In this document: positions 27,508-36,816 of the stretch, piece by piece | Layout of the letters: every line of letters starts with the position of its first letter | Position numbering within the stretch: the first letter of the stretch is position 1 | DNA from: a virus | Direction: 5' to 3' (one strand) | IMG/VR virus record: IMGVR_UViG_3300045988_149975 | Length of the DNA stretch: 64,000 nt | Notes under the pieces: model-generated | Told to the model about the DNA's origin: nothing | Seen by the model: only the letters and a program-made list of their open reading frames with translations | Databases searched by the model: none | Made by a program: the position numbers and the translations under genes

Positions 27508-29015
27508 TATTCTACCTCCATATTAAATATACCCATGTTTTTATAAAAAATATCTCTCTTATAACCATGATAACAAATACCTGATACAAAAGGATGACGA
27601 TAATCATAAAAGATTATTTTTTCTTTTCCTTCCTTTGTACGTCTTAATCTGCCTATTATTTGAATTAAATCTTTTTCGTTAGCTACACTTGATACTAAAA
27701 ATCCTACTTCCCATGACTTAACATTAGTACCTTCAGTAGCTATTGCAACAGTAGCTAATGTTACTAATACTTCTTTACTCTCTGCCTTTCTCAAAACCTC
27801 TTCTTTAGAGTCGCCCATATTACCATAAAATTTTTGAATTTTGGGGCAGGAAGGTAAGAGCATTTCATATAGATTATCTAACTGCTCAATAGTCTTACAG
27901 AATACTACACAGGATTTTCCCTCATTATAGTTCTTTTTAATATCAGCACATATCATCCTATTAAAGTTATCATCATTAGCAATTTTAGCGTATGCTTCAT
28001 GTAATCTTAAAGGATAGGCTTTTATCTTACCTAACGCTTCAAGTTCTATACACATATCACGCCATTCAGGAGTCCCTTCTACAAATTGATTACCTTTATA
28101 CACAAAACTATGTACGTCCTTCAAAGTTTTAACATCATAATAATATTTCTTATAATACCATTTCACATTACTCTTTCTTACCTTTATGAGTATGTTTTCA
28201 GGGGCTATTATAGCGTCAGATTTTAGTTTTGAGCCGTCAAAAACGGTTGCCCCACAGATTATATCTACCACATCAACAAGCCCGTCATTTCGCATTTTTG
28301 TAGCTGTAAGCCCTAACCTGAACATTGCAGGAAAATTAAATAATACTTTATAACTTGCTGCGCCAACATGATGTACCTCATCACAAATAATAAAACCAAT
28401 ATGCTCATAAAGCTGTTTAAGTTTAACTTCACCTAAACGAGAGAGAGTTTGTATTGTAGTAAGTGTAAAATGCTTACCAAGTTTAAATACTTTTCCTTTT
28501 ACAAGTCCTACATCAGCTTCTCCATTATATGCAAGTTCAATATCCTTTTTCCACCCTTCAATTAAATCATCTTTATTAACAACTATAAGAGTGCTTTCAG
28601 ACATTCGCCCTGCAAGATAAATGCCACAAAGACTTTTTCCGCTACCAGTTGGTAATACAAGAGTTCCGTATGGATAATTACTATTTAACCACGCTTCAGT
28701 AGCTTGCTTTTGTATATCCCTTAACTCTAAAACAAATTTAGGAAATCCCACAGTATTTACTACCCTTGAATCATTTACTACCTCAAAATCATCTACTTTA
28801 AGAACATAACCCATAGGCACTTCAATAAATGCTTTATTATCCTTATAGTAATGCAAATATGGAGGTACTTTTGTTTTAGCATATTTACTATATTTTAGTA
28901 CACTTTCATAGGCAGGATTTTTAAAAGTTAAATCTTTTCTTATCTGCATTTTTTGTTCTTCTGTTAAACAAAATATTCTTTTACAATTACTGTATGCTAC
29001 TTTTATCAATACCAA
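27507..29015 (-). CDS. superfamily-2 DEAD/DEAH-box helicase
   Basis: Walker A LPTGSGKS; DEVHH box FIICDEVHHVG. Confidence 0.7.
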   Translation of the reverse strand: MVLIKVAYSNCKRIFCLTEEQKMQIRKDLTFKNPAYESVLKYSKYAKTKVPPYLHYYKDNKAFIEVPMGYVLKVDDFEVVNDSRVVNTVGFPKFVLELRDIQKQATEAWLNSNYPYGTLVLPTGSGKSLCGIYLAGRMSESTLIVVNKDDLIEGWKKDIELAYNGEADVGLVKGKVFKLGKHFTLTTIQTLSRLGEVKLKQLYEHIGFIICDEVHHVGAASYKVLFNFPAMFRLGLTATKMRNDGLVDVVDIICGATVFDGSKLKSDAIIAPENILIKVRKSNVKWYYKKYYYDVKTLKDVHSFVYKGNQFVEGTPEWRDMCIELEALGKIKAYPLRLHEAYAKIANDDNFNRMICADIKKNYNEGKSCVVFCKTIEQLDNLYEMLLPSCPKIQKFYGNMGDSKEEVLRKAESKEVLVTLATVAIATEGTNVKSWEVGFLVSSVANEKDLIQIIGRLRRTKEGKEKIIFYDYRHPFVSGICYHGYKRDIFYKNMGIFNMEVE

Positions 29016-29235
29016 AAAACTCCTTCCTTACTTTAAAAATCAAATCCCAAAGTTTATCACTATCTTTATGTGGTAACATAATTGCCCTTAAAGAAAAATA
29101 AACATCACCCTTATCAGAAAAACTTACAAGTAATCCATCACTATCTTTAATACAAAGCCTTAAATTGTTATTTTCCTCTATAACCAACTTTATCACCTCT
29201 GTACATATATTACCATACTTTCTACATTTTGTCAA
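28987..29235 (-). CDS. hypothetical small protein (true start probably TTG/GTG after the GAGG RBS)
   Basis: The tracker ORF begins inside the promoter -35 box; the coding part is about 70 aa. Confidence 0.3.
   Translation of the reverse strand: MTKCRKYGNICTEVIKLVIEENNNLRLCIKDSDGLLVSFSDKGDVYFSLRAIMLPHKDSDKLWDLIFKVRKEFFGIDKSSIQ
29207..29235 (-). promoter_or_regulatory. sigma-70-type promoter (TTGACA, 17 nt, TAATAT)
   Basis: Minus strand TTGACAaaatgtagaaagtatggTAATAT, immediately after a terminator hairpin. Confidence 0.45.
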
Positions 29236-29243
29236 GTCTTATA

Positions 29244-29278
29244 AATAAAAAAAGTAACAAGAGATAACTCTTGTTACT
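29244..29278 (-). terminator. rho-independent terminator after the endolysin gene
   Basis: GTAACAAGAG-loop-CTCTTGTTAC stem followed by U7 on the minus strand. Confidence 0.55.
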
Positions 29279-29807
29279 GTAAATAATCTGTTACACCTCT
29301 TGCAATGGCTCTTGCAATATCATCTTTTTTATTTACTAAAATATTTGCATCGTCCATATTATCAATAAAGGCAATTTCTACTAAAACGGCAGGCATTGAA
29401 GTAGAATTTAATACCACTAAACCTGTTCGTTCTTTTAAACCTCTATCTACTGTGCCAATAGTGCTTACAAGCTGATTTTGTATACATTGCCCTAATTTTG
29501 CACCTGCACCATATAAACTATAAACACAAGTTTCAGTGCCTTTAGCTTCTGTATTAAAAGCATTACAATGTAAACTAATAAATAAATCAGCATAACTATT
29601 GGCAGATTCTACAACACATTCCCCTATACCATCATAATTAAGATTATCAGACTGCAAAAGTTTTACCTCAAAACCTGCATTTTCAAGATAACCTTTTAAC
29701 AAATTACCTATTTCAAGAACTGTATCAGCTTCAGTAATACCTAAAATATGATTTACTGCACCTGAATCGATACCAGGGCAATGCCCAGGATTTATAAAAA
29801 TCCTCAT
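29274..29807 (-). CDS. N-acetylmuramoyl-L-alanine amidase (Amidase_3, CwlD/CwlC-like), the endolysin
   Basis: INPGHCPGIDSGA, SLHCNAF and LVEIAFIDN motifs; no cell-wall-binding domain. Confidence 0.7.
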   Translation of the reverse strand: MRIFINPGHCPGIDSGAVNHILGITEADTVLEIGNLLKGYLENAGFEVKLLQSDNLNYDGIGECVVESANSYADLFISLHCNAFNTEAKGTETCVYSLYGAGAKLGQCIQNQLVSTIGTVDRGLKERTGLVVLNSTSMPAVLVEIAFIDNMDDANILVNKKDDIARAIARGVTDYLQ

Positions 29808-30130
29808 TTCTTATCCTCACCTTCCTCTAAAGCGTCAGGAGTACCATTGTTATTAGTATCTACAAGCATACCTAAAATAAAAGTTACGAAACCTACCATA
29901 GAACCGTCAATTAATATTCTCAAGTATGCTAAAAGTTCTGATAACATCACTTTGTCTAATACAAATAGATATATCCAACAACCTAAATATAATAATAAAA
30001 CAACGGCAACTATTAATATATACCCTATAAGTACATACTTCACAGGTTTAGGCATATTCTCTAAACCTACCCTTAACTTATTAAGAAGTTCAGGTATTTT
30101 AGATTTAATAGTATTTAATAAATTATTCAC
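29804..30130 (-). CDS. holin (two TM helices, charged C-terminus)
   Basis: 108 aa; TM segments; sits between the XhlA-like gene and the amidase. Confidence 0.5.
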   Translation of the reverse strand: MNNLLNTIKSKIPELLNKLRVGLENMPKPVKYVLIGYILIVAVVLLLYLGCWIYLFVLDKVMLSELLAYLRILIDGSMVGFVTFILGMLVDTNNNGTPDALEEGEDKK

Positions 30131-30138
30131 TTTCTCAC

Positions 30139-30459
30139 CTACTTTAAAATACCTAATAAAATTGAACTTATTAAAGATATAATAAAAGCAATTATAGAAG
30201 CCATTCTATATATATTTTCCATTTTATCGTCTAATAATTTAGAAAAATCTACTTGCCTATCCCTATTTAACTTCTTTTCCGTTTCAAGCCCTCTATCAAC
30301 ACTTTTTAAAGAAACTTCAAGCACGGCAATATCTTTGCCGTGCTTTTCAAGTTCTTTTGCTTTCTCTTTTAAATCTTCAGCAAGTGCTTTCTGTGCTTGA
30401 TTTACCTCTGCCAATTTAGAAGTGGCATCTAAAAGAAGTTCTAAAATTTCTTTCTCCAT
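30139..30459 (-). CDS. XhlA-like protein (coiled coil plus C-terminal TM anchor)
   Basis: 106 aa; the architecture matches PBSX XhlA at the head of the lysis cassette. Confidence 0.45.
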   Translation of the reverse strand: MEKEILELLLDATSKLAEVNQAQKALAEDLKEKAKELEKHGKDIAVLEVSLKSVDRGLETEKKLNRDRQVDFSKLLDDKMENIYRMASIIAFIISLISSILLGILK

Positions 30460-30489
30460 AAAATCACCACTTTAAATATGGTAAGAAAA

Positions 30490-30981
30490 TTATGCTACTT
30501 TAACAACAGTCATGGAAGCATTAGTAAGTGTTACCGCAGTATCTACCTGTACTTGTAAACTTGCGCCCACATTAGGATTACAAGCACATGGTTTAGCAAC
30601 CCTAATTAAAGTTGTAAAACTTAAATTATCAGTATCACCTGCTACACCTGTTACAGACGCTTCTGCACCATTTACATCTACACCATTATTTACTAATCTA
30701 ATAGAATATAAACCTGCAACAGTAGGTACTGCATCTACATTTACCTCTACTAAATATATACCTTCTCCACACAAATTAATAGTTGTATCAATACCTCTTT
30801 GTTGGCACAAATTTTGTACCATTCCTTGTAACTGCTGCTCATTCATTCCCTTATACTGATTCATAATTCCTTGTACTTCGGGATTATTACCAAACATCCT
30901 CATAAACATTTGTTCAGGATTAGGATTGTTTCTTATTTGAGCCGCCATTTGCAGAACCTGCATTAGTGATTGGTCTAACAT
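30490..30981 (-). CDS. hypothetical protein (Q/N-rich N-terminus)
   Basis: 163-aa ORF. Confidence 0.4.
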   Translation of the reverse strand: MLDQSLMQVLQMAAQIRNNPNPEQMFMRMFGNNPEVQGIMNQYKGMNEQQLQGMVQNLCQQRGIDTTINLCGEGIYLVEVNVDAVPTVAGLYSIRLVNNGVDVNGAEASVTGVAGDTDNLSFTTLIRVAKPCACNPNVGASLQVQVDTAVTLTNASMTVVKVA

Positions 30982-31396
30982 TGCCCATCTCTCCTTTCAG
31001 CTTTTCAACATCATTTACAAGTTTTCTCAAAGTATCATCATACTTCTTAAAATACTCTTCAGGTTGAACATTTGTAGGCTGATACAATTTATAGGTTAAG
31101 AAATCTGATGTACCATTTGCTAAATTATACTGTTTAGTATAAATCTCTCCTTGAGATACATTAACAAATACATACATACTACCATCTAAATCTACTATTG
31201 CCGCCTTTGCCTCTTCAAGAGATGTTACAGGCAATGCCTTTAAGTACACTCTTGCAGATTGATTATTAGGAACATAATTAGACAAACTGTTTAGACCAGG
31301 ACTTGTTTGTCTATTCATATCCCAATTATTATAATTAACGCCATTATTAGGCGCAGGGTAACTAAAACCATTTCCATAATTATTATTATATAGCAT
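30920..31396 (-). CDS. hypothetical protein with an Asn-rich low-complexity N-terminus
   Basis: 158-aa ORF. Confidence 0.4.
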   Translation of the reverse strand: MLYNNNYGNGFSYPAPNNGVNYNNWDMNRQTSPGLNSLSNYVPNNQSARVYLKALPVTSLEEAKAAIVDLDGSMYVFVNVSQGEIYTKQYNLANGTSDFLTYKLYQPTNVQPEEYFKKYDDTLRKLVNDVEKLKGEMGNVRPITNAGSANGGSNKKQS

Positions 31397-31461
31397 AATT
31401 TCTTACCTCCATAATACTATTATACCACACTTTGGCAAAATTGCCACACTCATTTTCAATA

Positions 31462-31746
31462 CTATTTTAACATCTTATCAATAAGAATTTGTATCTCTTT
31501 AGGATATAACTCATAGTCATCATTCATAAGGCGTTTCATTTCAAGCCTTGAAGTGCTTAATAAATTACTTGCGGATTCATAGGTAAGAACCATCTTTTCT
31601 GATATATCCCAAAGACTATCTTGATTTACATATTTTAACATTAATATTTCTTCATTTCTTCTATGTAAACCAAGAGCAGGTATTAATGTTTTTAAGGTAT
31701 TTACATTAGCCAACTTTAACTTTCTACTAAACTCCTTCTTATCCAA
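31462..31746 (-). CDS. ArpU/sigma-70 region-4-like HTH protein (possible late-gene regulator)
   Basis: EILMLKYVNQDSLWDISEKMVLTYESASNLLSTSRLEMKRL resembles sigma region 4. Confidence 0.35.
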   Translation of the reverse strand: MDKKEFSRKLKLANVNTLKTLIPALGLHRRNEEILMLKYVNQDSLWDISEKMVLTYESASNLLSTSRLEMKRLMNDDYELYPKEIQILIDKMLK

Positions 31747-31748
31747 TC

Positions 31749-33148
31749 TTATGCCCCTAATTTTTCCACAATCTCATCTTTTGTAAAACCAAGGTTTTTA
31801 TAAAGACTCCGTGGATTTTCTACATATTCGTATTTTAAAATGGTAGTCTTACCATTTTCTTCCATTGTTTCATATTTAACTGTATCTGTATTCTTGCCTG
31901 CTTTTTCTACCTCACCTGCATAAATCCAAATATAATCATCAAATAATAGATTACCCCATAAAGGCTTCCAAACTTCCTCGTTGAAATTTTCTGCCATATA
32001 ATAGTAATCCTCTTTAGAACTTAATACTTTTGGTATACCTCTCATTAATAACTCAATCCTTTCTTTAACAGAATCTAATTTTATACTTTTACGAAAATTA
32101 TAGGTATTTGCCCACTTCATCCAACCTTCTATACTGGCTACCATACCTCTTGCATAGTCCAAATCTAAATCAGCAGTCTTTAATAGACTATCCAATTTTC
32201 TAAACCTGCGTTTTATCCTTTTTGCTGTACTCTTTCTTAATAAAACACAGTTGTTAGGAAATGTCCTATAACCAAGAAAGTCTACACCTTGCGTTATAGG
32301 AAATACATTACTTTTACTTAATAACAGGTTTAACTTATCATAAGCAAATACCTTCGCTTTTTCAGCTACCTCATGTAACTCCTTCTTATCATTACCGAAA
32401 ATTATAAAATCATCACAATACCTTATATATGCACTACATTTTAAATCATACTTTATATAAGTGTCTAATTCATTCATGTATAGATTACCAAACCACTGTG
32501 AAAGATAATTTCCAATAGGTACGCCCGCCTTTCTATGACCAAATTCCTCTACATATCTTTCAAGTTTTCCACGCATTATATCAGCATCTTTACGCCCTTC
32601 AAAATTCTTCAAATAACCTATATTAGCTTCTCTTGTTGCAAGGCTATCTATTATTATATCAAGAATACTTAATAAATCTTTATCTTTAATCTTTTTACGC
32701 AATATTATTTTCAATATTTCATGGTCAATATTTACATAAAATTGTGAAATATCAAGTTTAGCACAATACTTATACTTTCTTACATATTCAGAGCATTTTA
32801 TCATTCCCTTATGCTGCCCCTTACCTTTACGACAAGCATAACTATCATATATAAATAAACTATCCCAAATAGGCTCTAACACATTCATTATAGCATGATG
32901 TACTATTCTATCAGGATAATATGGAAGTACATAAATTAAACGCAATTTAGGCTCATACATTGAATAAATCCTATAAACGGAGTTCTTATAATTTCCATCC
33001 ATTAAATCTTTTTGTAATGATAATAGGTTAGCTTCCAAATTTTCTCTTACTTTAATAACCTCTGATAAATTTCCTTTACCTTTTCCTGCTTTTAATTCAG
33101 CAATTTTAAGATTTTCAATATCAATAATTCTATTCCAAAGATTTCCAT
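31749..33148 (-). CDS. diversity-generating retroelement (DGR) reverse transcriptase
   Basis: YIRYCDDFIIFG (YxDD); PIGNYLSQWFGNLYMNELD, the DGR-specific IGxxxSQ signature; N-terminal NLWNRIIDIENLKIAELKAGKGKGN. The conserved N-terminus extends upstream of the tracker start at 33038; see findings. Confidence 0.8.
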
Positions 33149-33397
33149 ATCTTCGTATTTGAAAAACACCCTCTCTATTAAAAAGTTTAACAAATTGGCA
33201 CTCTTTATAAAGAGTGCCAAAATGCTATTTAGGTATTTAGGTAAATTGATTTTCGCCTTAACTACTAACCCCTTTACCATCCTGTAATGTGTTTCTGCTT
33301 TCGCAGAGGATAGAGATTCAGCCGAAGGATTAGCTTTATACCTATTGTATGATACCTTCGTATCACTACAGCTACGCTCGCCGTTGTTAGAGTTCAC
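33092..33397 (-). CDS. doubtful ORF overlapping the TR and the RT 5' end (no convincing Avd features)
   Basis: 101-aa ORF; its C-terminal third overlaps the conserved RT N-terminus in another frame. Confidence 0.15.
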   Translation of the reverse strand: MNSNNGERSCSDTKVSYNRYKANPSAESLSSAKAETHYRMVKGLVVKAKINLPKYLNSILALFIKSANLLNFLIERVFFKYEDMEIFGIELLILKILKLLN

Positions 33398-33481
33398 ATT
33401 CGCTGAAGCATTATTGACATTAACTGAACGAGAACTGCAACTCGAACTGTTATTCCAGTTACTGCCGAGTTTCGCCTTTAT
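33362..33481 (-). repeat. DGR template repeat (TR)
   Basis: About 120 bp, near-identical to the VR except at roughly 25 positions. At every one of those positions the TR carries A on the minus (transcribed) strand. Confidence 0.75.
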
Positions 33482-33611
33482 AACCTCTACCCTTTTAGTT
33501 GCAACTATTTATATATATAAATTGGGGGTACGAGATGGTTGTCTACATTACCTCTCCAAGTTTATATCAACTTAAACACCACATTAACTTGAATTAATGG
33601 GCTACGCCAAC

Positions 33612-34673
33612 TCAATTCCCAAGTTTATGGAGCGGCTCACCACAGCCACGCCCGCCGCTGAAAGAGTCCACAAGCGCCGAAGCACCATTGACATCAACCG
33701 AACGAGAACCGCAACCCGAACCGCCACCCCAGAGACCGCCGAGCCTCGCCCTGTACAAAGTACCATAGCTTCTACCATAAGACTGGTCATCTACACCACT
33801 ATTATATACAGAATCATTCCAACCACTTGAACCGTTTACACCAACATCACTTGCCCATTGCCATAAGAAACCACAAGCATCTTCAAGCCCATAATTACTT
33901 ATCATTCTTCTGCCCGCTGTATCAACGTGTCCACCAGTTGTATTGGCATCTGTACTACCTTGTATATTAGTACCTTCATTACTTCCTTTTGCCGCCACCT
34001 GAAACTCATATCTCCACGGCAATCTTTTCTTTATATCAGCAAGTCTTTCTACAAACTGTTCACCATGAAATTTCTTTGTAGAAGCACCATCTGCTGTTGT
34101 TCCACCATTTACACTCACAAGTTTACTTCCATTCCACGAGTTTAAGTAAATGTCCATCCATATATCTACTTCAGGAATATAAACCATTCCTTCAGGTGAA
34201 CATTTTGGGCGATGAATTAAATCCCATACTGATTGTGGTAATATATCACCTGCTACATAACCACTTAATGTATGCCCGCTTATCGTACCCACATTTGTAC
34301 ATAAACAATGGAAACCACCTATTTTTCTACTATTATCTGCATTATAACCATTAGGTACAGTAGAATTTAAAGATAATACAAAATCTAATCCATTATTTTC
34401 TACTGCATACACATAAACATCTTTACCGTTTCTATTTGCCAAACTTAAAGACAATGTTTTATCCATATCAGTAGAGTATACATTATCATTTATTCTTAAA
34501 ACCATCCCCGCAGGTATTGTTACAGTAGTCTTATTTGTAGTCATTAAACTTTTTCTATTAAAATAAGTATCAATATACTTTGCCAAAATTTCTTCACTAA
34601 AATTTTCACCATCTATTAAAGAGTTTAAATATGCTCTAATTGTTTCTACCCTTAAATTATTTAATTTATCCAT
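33612..34673 (-). CDS. DGR target protein: tail fibre / receptor-binding protein with a C-type-lectin (FGE-like) fold VR at the C-terminus
   Basis: 353 aa; C-terminal ...YRARLGGLWGGGSGCGSRSVDVNGAS... is encoded by the VR; lies in the tail-fibre gene block. Confidence 0.7.
   Translation of the reverse strand: MDKLNNLRVETIRAYLNSLIDGENFSEEILAKYIDTYFNRKSLMTTNKTTVTIPAGMVLRINDNVYSTDMDKTLSLSLANRNGKDVYVYAVENNGLDFVLSLNSTVPNGYNADNSRKIGGFHCLCTNVGTISGHTLSGYVAGDILPQSVWDLIHRPKCSPEGMVYIPEVDIWMDIYLNSWNGSKLVSVNGGTTADGASTKKFHGEQFVERLADIKKRLPWRYEFQVAAKGSNEGTNIQGSTDANTTGGHVDTAGRRMISNYGLEDACGFLWQWASDVGVNGSSGWNDSVYNSGVDDQSYGRSYGTLYRARLGGLWGGGSGCGSRSVDVNGASALVDSFSGGRGCGEPLHKLGN
33636..33755 (-). repeat. DGR variable repeat (VR) at the 3' end of the target gene
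   Basis: Matches the TR 33362-33481. All mismatches are TR-A to VR-G/C/T on the coding strand; locally GC-rich. Confidence 0.75.
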
Positions 34674-34684
34674 TATCTCACTCC

Positions 34685-34957
34685 TTAAACTTTCAATTTA
34701 TAGTAATACTTACCACTTATAGGCTCTTCCAAAACAATATTATTGCTGCTTGTATCATATAAAACAGAATTATTATTACTATCTACTACTGCAAGCGGTA
34801 ATCTTTCTGCCGTTACTGCTAAAGTATATACATCCCCACTTTGTGTAAAATCATCGGCAGAAAAAGACTGTGACTCTGCTGTACTTCCACTACTGCCGCT
34901 ATTTGCTACATTTATAAGTTCCCAAGTTACAGAACCATCTACAATTAAACTACTCAT
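34685..34957 (-). CDS. hypothetical protein
   Basis: 90-aa ORF. Confidence 0.4.
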   Translation of the reverse strand: MSSLIVDGSVTWELINVANSGSSGSTAESQSFSADDFTQSGDVYTLAVTAERLPLAVVDSNNNSVLYDTSSNNIVLEEPISGKYYYKLKV

Positions 34958-34969
34958 TTTATTTCCTCC

Positions 34970-35197
34970 TTATATAATTAAGAATAAATACCATACCCCT
35001 AAAACCGCACCTAATATTATAAAATACTTTATGTATATTAAAATATAAAGCGCAATTAAATCATACATGGTCATTACATGGGCAGAGGTACGATTACTAA
35101 TACAATAACTAAATACTATACAAACTATTACTGCTAATACAAACCATACTGCTAATGCTATCTCTAAAACCCCAATCATTCTTCTACCTCTTTCCAT
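34970..35197 (-). CDS. small membrane protein
   Basis: 75 aa, two hydrophobic helices. Confidence 0.35.
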   Translation of the reverse strand: MERGRRMIGVLEIALAVWFVLAVIVCIVFSYCISNRTSAHVMTMYDLIALYILIYIKYFIILGAVLGVWYLFLII

Positions 35198-35886
35198 CCT
35201 TGCGGATATGCTTCAGGACTCCATACATTATTATCTATTACACTTTCATAAATTTTTCCATTGAATTTTACTTTGTCACCTTTCATATAAGGATTAGTTG
35301 AAGATGGTTGCTCCCAATCTAATATTTCTCCCTCACTTGTCAGCACTTTTGCAAATAAAGAGGGCGCAGAAGTTGGTGTCCATCCTTCTTGAGATGTATG
35401 ATTTTGTAATACTTTGTATAATACATTATTATATAATACTTTATCACCTACTACATATTCTTTACTATTACCATTCCAGTGAGGGAATACTTCGGTCATT
35501 TTTAACGCCGCTCCATCACTAATAGAACGCAGTTTAGTTTGATAAGTATTCTTTGTTTCTACTAAATCATCATCTGCTAATGACATCATCATAGCATTTA
35601 TGGCTAAAGTTTGTAATTCATTTTTTGCTGCCGCTGCTTCTTGTTCATCTAACTCATCTTGTGTTGGCACATAAGGTGGCTCTTCTTCATAAACTACTTC
35701 ACCATCTACTTCCTTGCGTATATACACTTTACCATCCGTATTACCTATAAGTAATTGATAATCTTCCTCATTAATCTCTATATAACCTTCATCTAAAAGT
35801 TCTTGTATTCTTTCTTCTGTCATTTCTTCTTTTACATAAGTTTCTTGACGATTTCCATTTTCATCGAACTTAATAATATATGTCAT
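35176..35886 (-). CDS. protein with two CBM5/12-like carbohydrate-binding repeats (tail-associated)
   Basis: GDKVLYNNVLYKV...GWTP and YMKGDKVKFNGKIYESVIDNNVWSP repeats; acidic N-terminal half. Confidence 0.4.
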   Translation of the reverse strand: MTYIIKFDENGNRQETYVKEEMTEERIQELLDEGYIEINEEDYQLLIGNTDGKVYIRKEVDGEVVYEEEPPYVPTQDELDEQEAAAAKNELQTLAINAMMMSLADDDLVETKNTYQTKLRSISDGAALKMTEVFPHWNGNSKEYVVGDKVLYNNVLYKVLQNHTSQEGWTPTSAPSLFAKVLTSEGEILDWEQPSSTNPYMKGDKVKFNGKIYESVIDNNVWSPEAYPQGWKEVEE

Positions 35887-35946
35887 ATTATCATTCCTTT
35901 CTTTCAGTTTTCATAATTTATATGCCCATCATCAGAAAGTATATCT

Positions 35947-36237
35947 TTGGACAATCTCCAAAGGTACTAATGGTTGGGCGAGGGAGAGTAGCACAGGATT
36001 CACAATTCAATGGGGGAGAGGCACAACATCTTCAAATTGGAATACAAAAATTTTTTTAATAGAAGTTTTAGTAGTATTTATACTATAAATTTAGATATTT
36101 ATAATCCTAATGGTAGTCCTGCAAGTGGGGTTTATCAGGACAGCGGCGGTATTACGTATTTTGATAATGATGGTTTTTACGGCGGTTTTTCACGAGTTGG
36201 TTACACGTTTTTTTGGATAGCAGTAGGTATATCTTAA
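35947..36237 (+). other. silent tail-fibre C-terminal cassette 1 (plus orientation, internally frameshifted)
   Basis: Begins with a 33-nt stretch identical to the inverse of the main gene at 37058-37090, then encodes ARESSTGFTIQWG. After an A5T7 run it continues in another frame ...NFFNRSFSSIYTI...GYTFFWIAVGIS*. Confidence 0.5.
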
Positions 36238-36240
36238 TGT

Positions 36241-36286
36241 TTGCTGAAATGCAATTTTTAAAAATTTAAAAATTGCATTTCAGCAA
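36241..36286. repeat. 46-bp perfect palindrome between convergent cassettes
   Basis: TTGCTGAAATGCAATTTTTAAAAATTTAAAAATTGCATTTCAGCAA; hairpin that could act as a bidirectional terminator or a recombination element. Confidence 0.6.
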
Positions 36287-36308
36287 ACAAATTAGCTTAT
36301 TCCAATGG

Positions 36309-36556
36309 CTATCCAATTACATCTATTAAACCACGGGCTACCCCCATATCTTGTTGATATAAGTAAAATCCACTTTTATCTACAGTTCTTACTTGAAATT
36401 CTCCATCATATCTTGAGGGATTATTAGTATCAGTATTTACTAAACTTACCATCATAGTATAATAAGTAGTAAAAGTTCGAGGAAAATTGAATTTACCAAT
36501 TTGTTGTTCAGATGCACTATTAGTGCCTACTACTTGCCCCCATTGAATTGTGAATC
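36309..36556 (-). other. silent tail-fibre C-terminal cassette (minus orientation)
   Basis: Starts with GGATTCACAATTCAATGGGGG (GFTIQWG), a 21-nt perfect inverted copy of 35996-36016; encodes ...FNFPRTFTTYY...GLIDVIG*. Confidence 0.45.
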
Positions 36557-36561
36557 CTTAA

Positions 36562-36816
36562 AAATTCACTTTATAAACCCCATTTTATACTGGTTTTACT
36601 ATACAATGGGGTTCAACTGGTACTTTAAGCGGCACTGCAACAATTTCTTTTCCTCGCACATTTTCTACTGTTTATCAAGTTATACCTGTCGGAAATGTAG
36701 AAGAAACAAATGAAAACTGGGGTTTCCCATTAAATGAACGTCCTACAACAAAGAATTTTAAAGCTGCACATTGGTATAGTGGTCAGTGGAGATACATTGC
36801 AGTAGGAATTAGCTAA
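36562..36816 (+). other. silent tail-fibre C-terminal cassette 2 (plus orientation)
   Basis: Contains TACTGGTTTTACTATACAATGGGG, a 24-nt perfect inverted copy of the expressed gene at 37022-37045. Encodes GFTIQWGSTGTLSG...ISFPRTFSTVYQ...WRYIAVGIS*; its stop overlaps the main gene stop inside the palindrome GGAATTAGCTAATTCC. Confidence 0.5.

Noticed and set aside
30920-31396. Possible GerQ-like spore coat protein
   Set aside because: Only a vague pattern match in the C-terminal half. The N-rich low-complexity region is not diagnostic.
33597-33830. ORFs on both strands inside the DGR VR (33597..33830 plus, 33602..33790 minus)
   Set aside because: The VR is GC-rich and stop-poor, so it generates spurious open frames. 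The real coding frame is the 3' end of 33612..34673.
36010-36713. Tracker ORFs 36010..36237 and 36501..36713 as independent genes
   Set aside because: These are better explained as promoter-less silent tail-fibre cassettes. 36010..36237 is one such cassette. 36501..36713 is a wrong-frame overlap of two cassettes.
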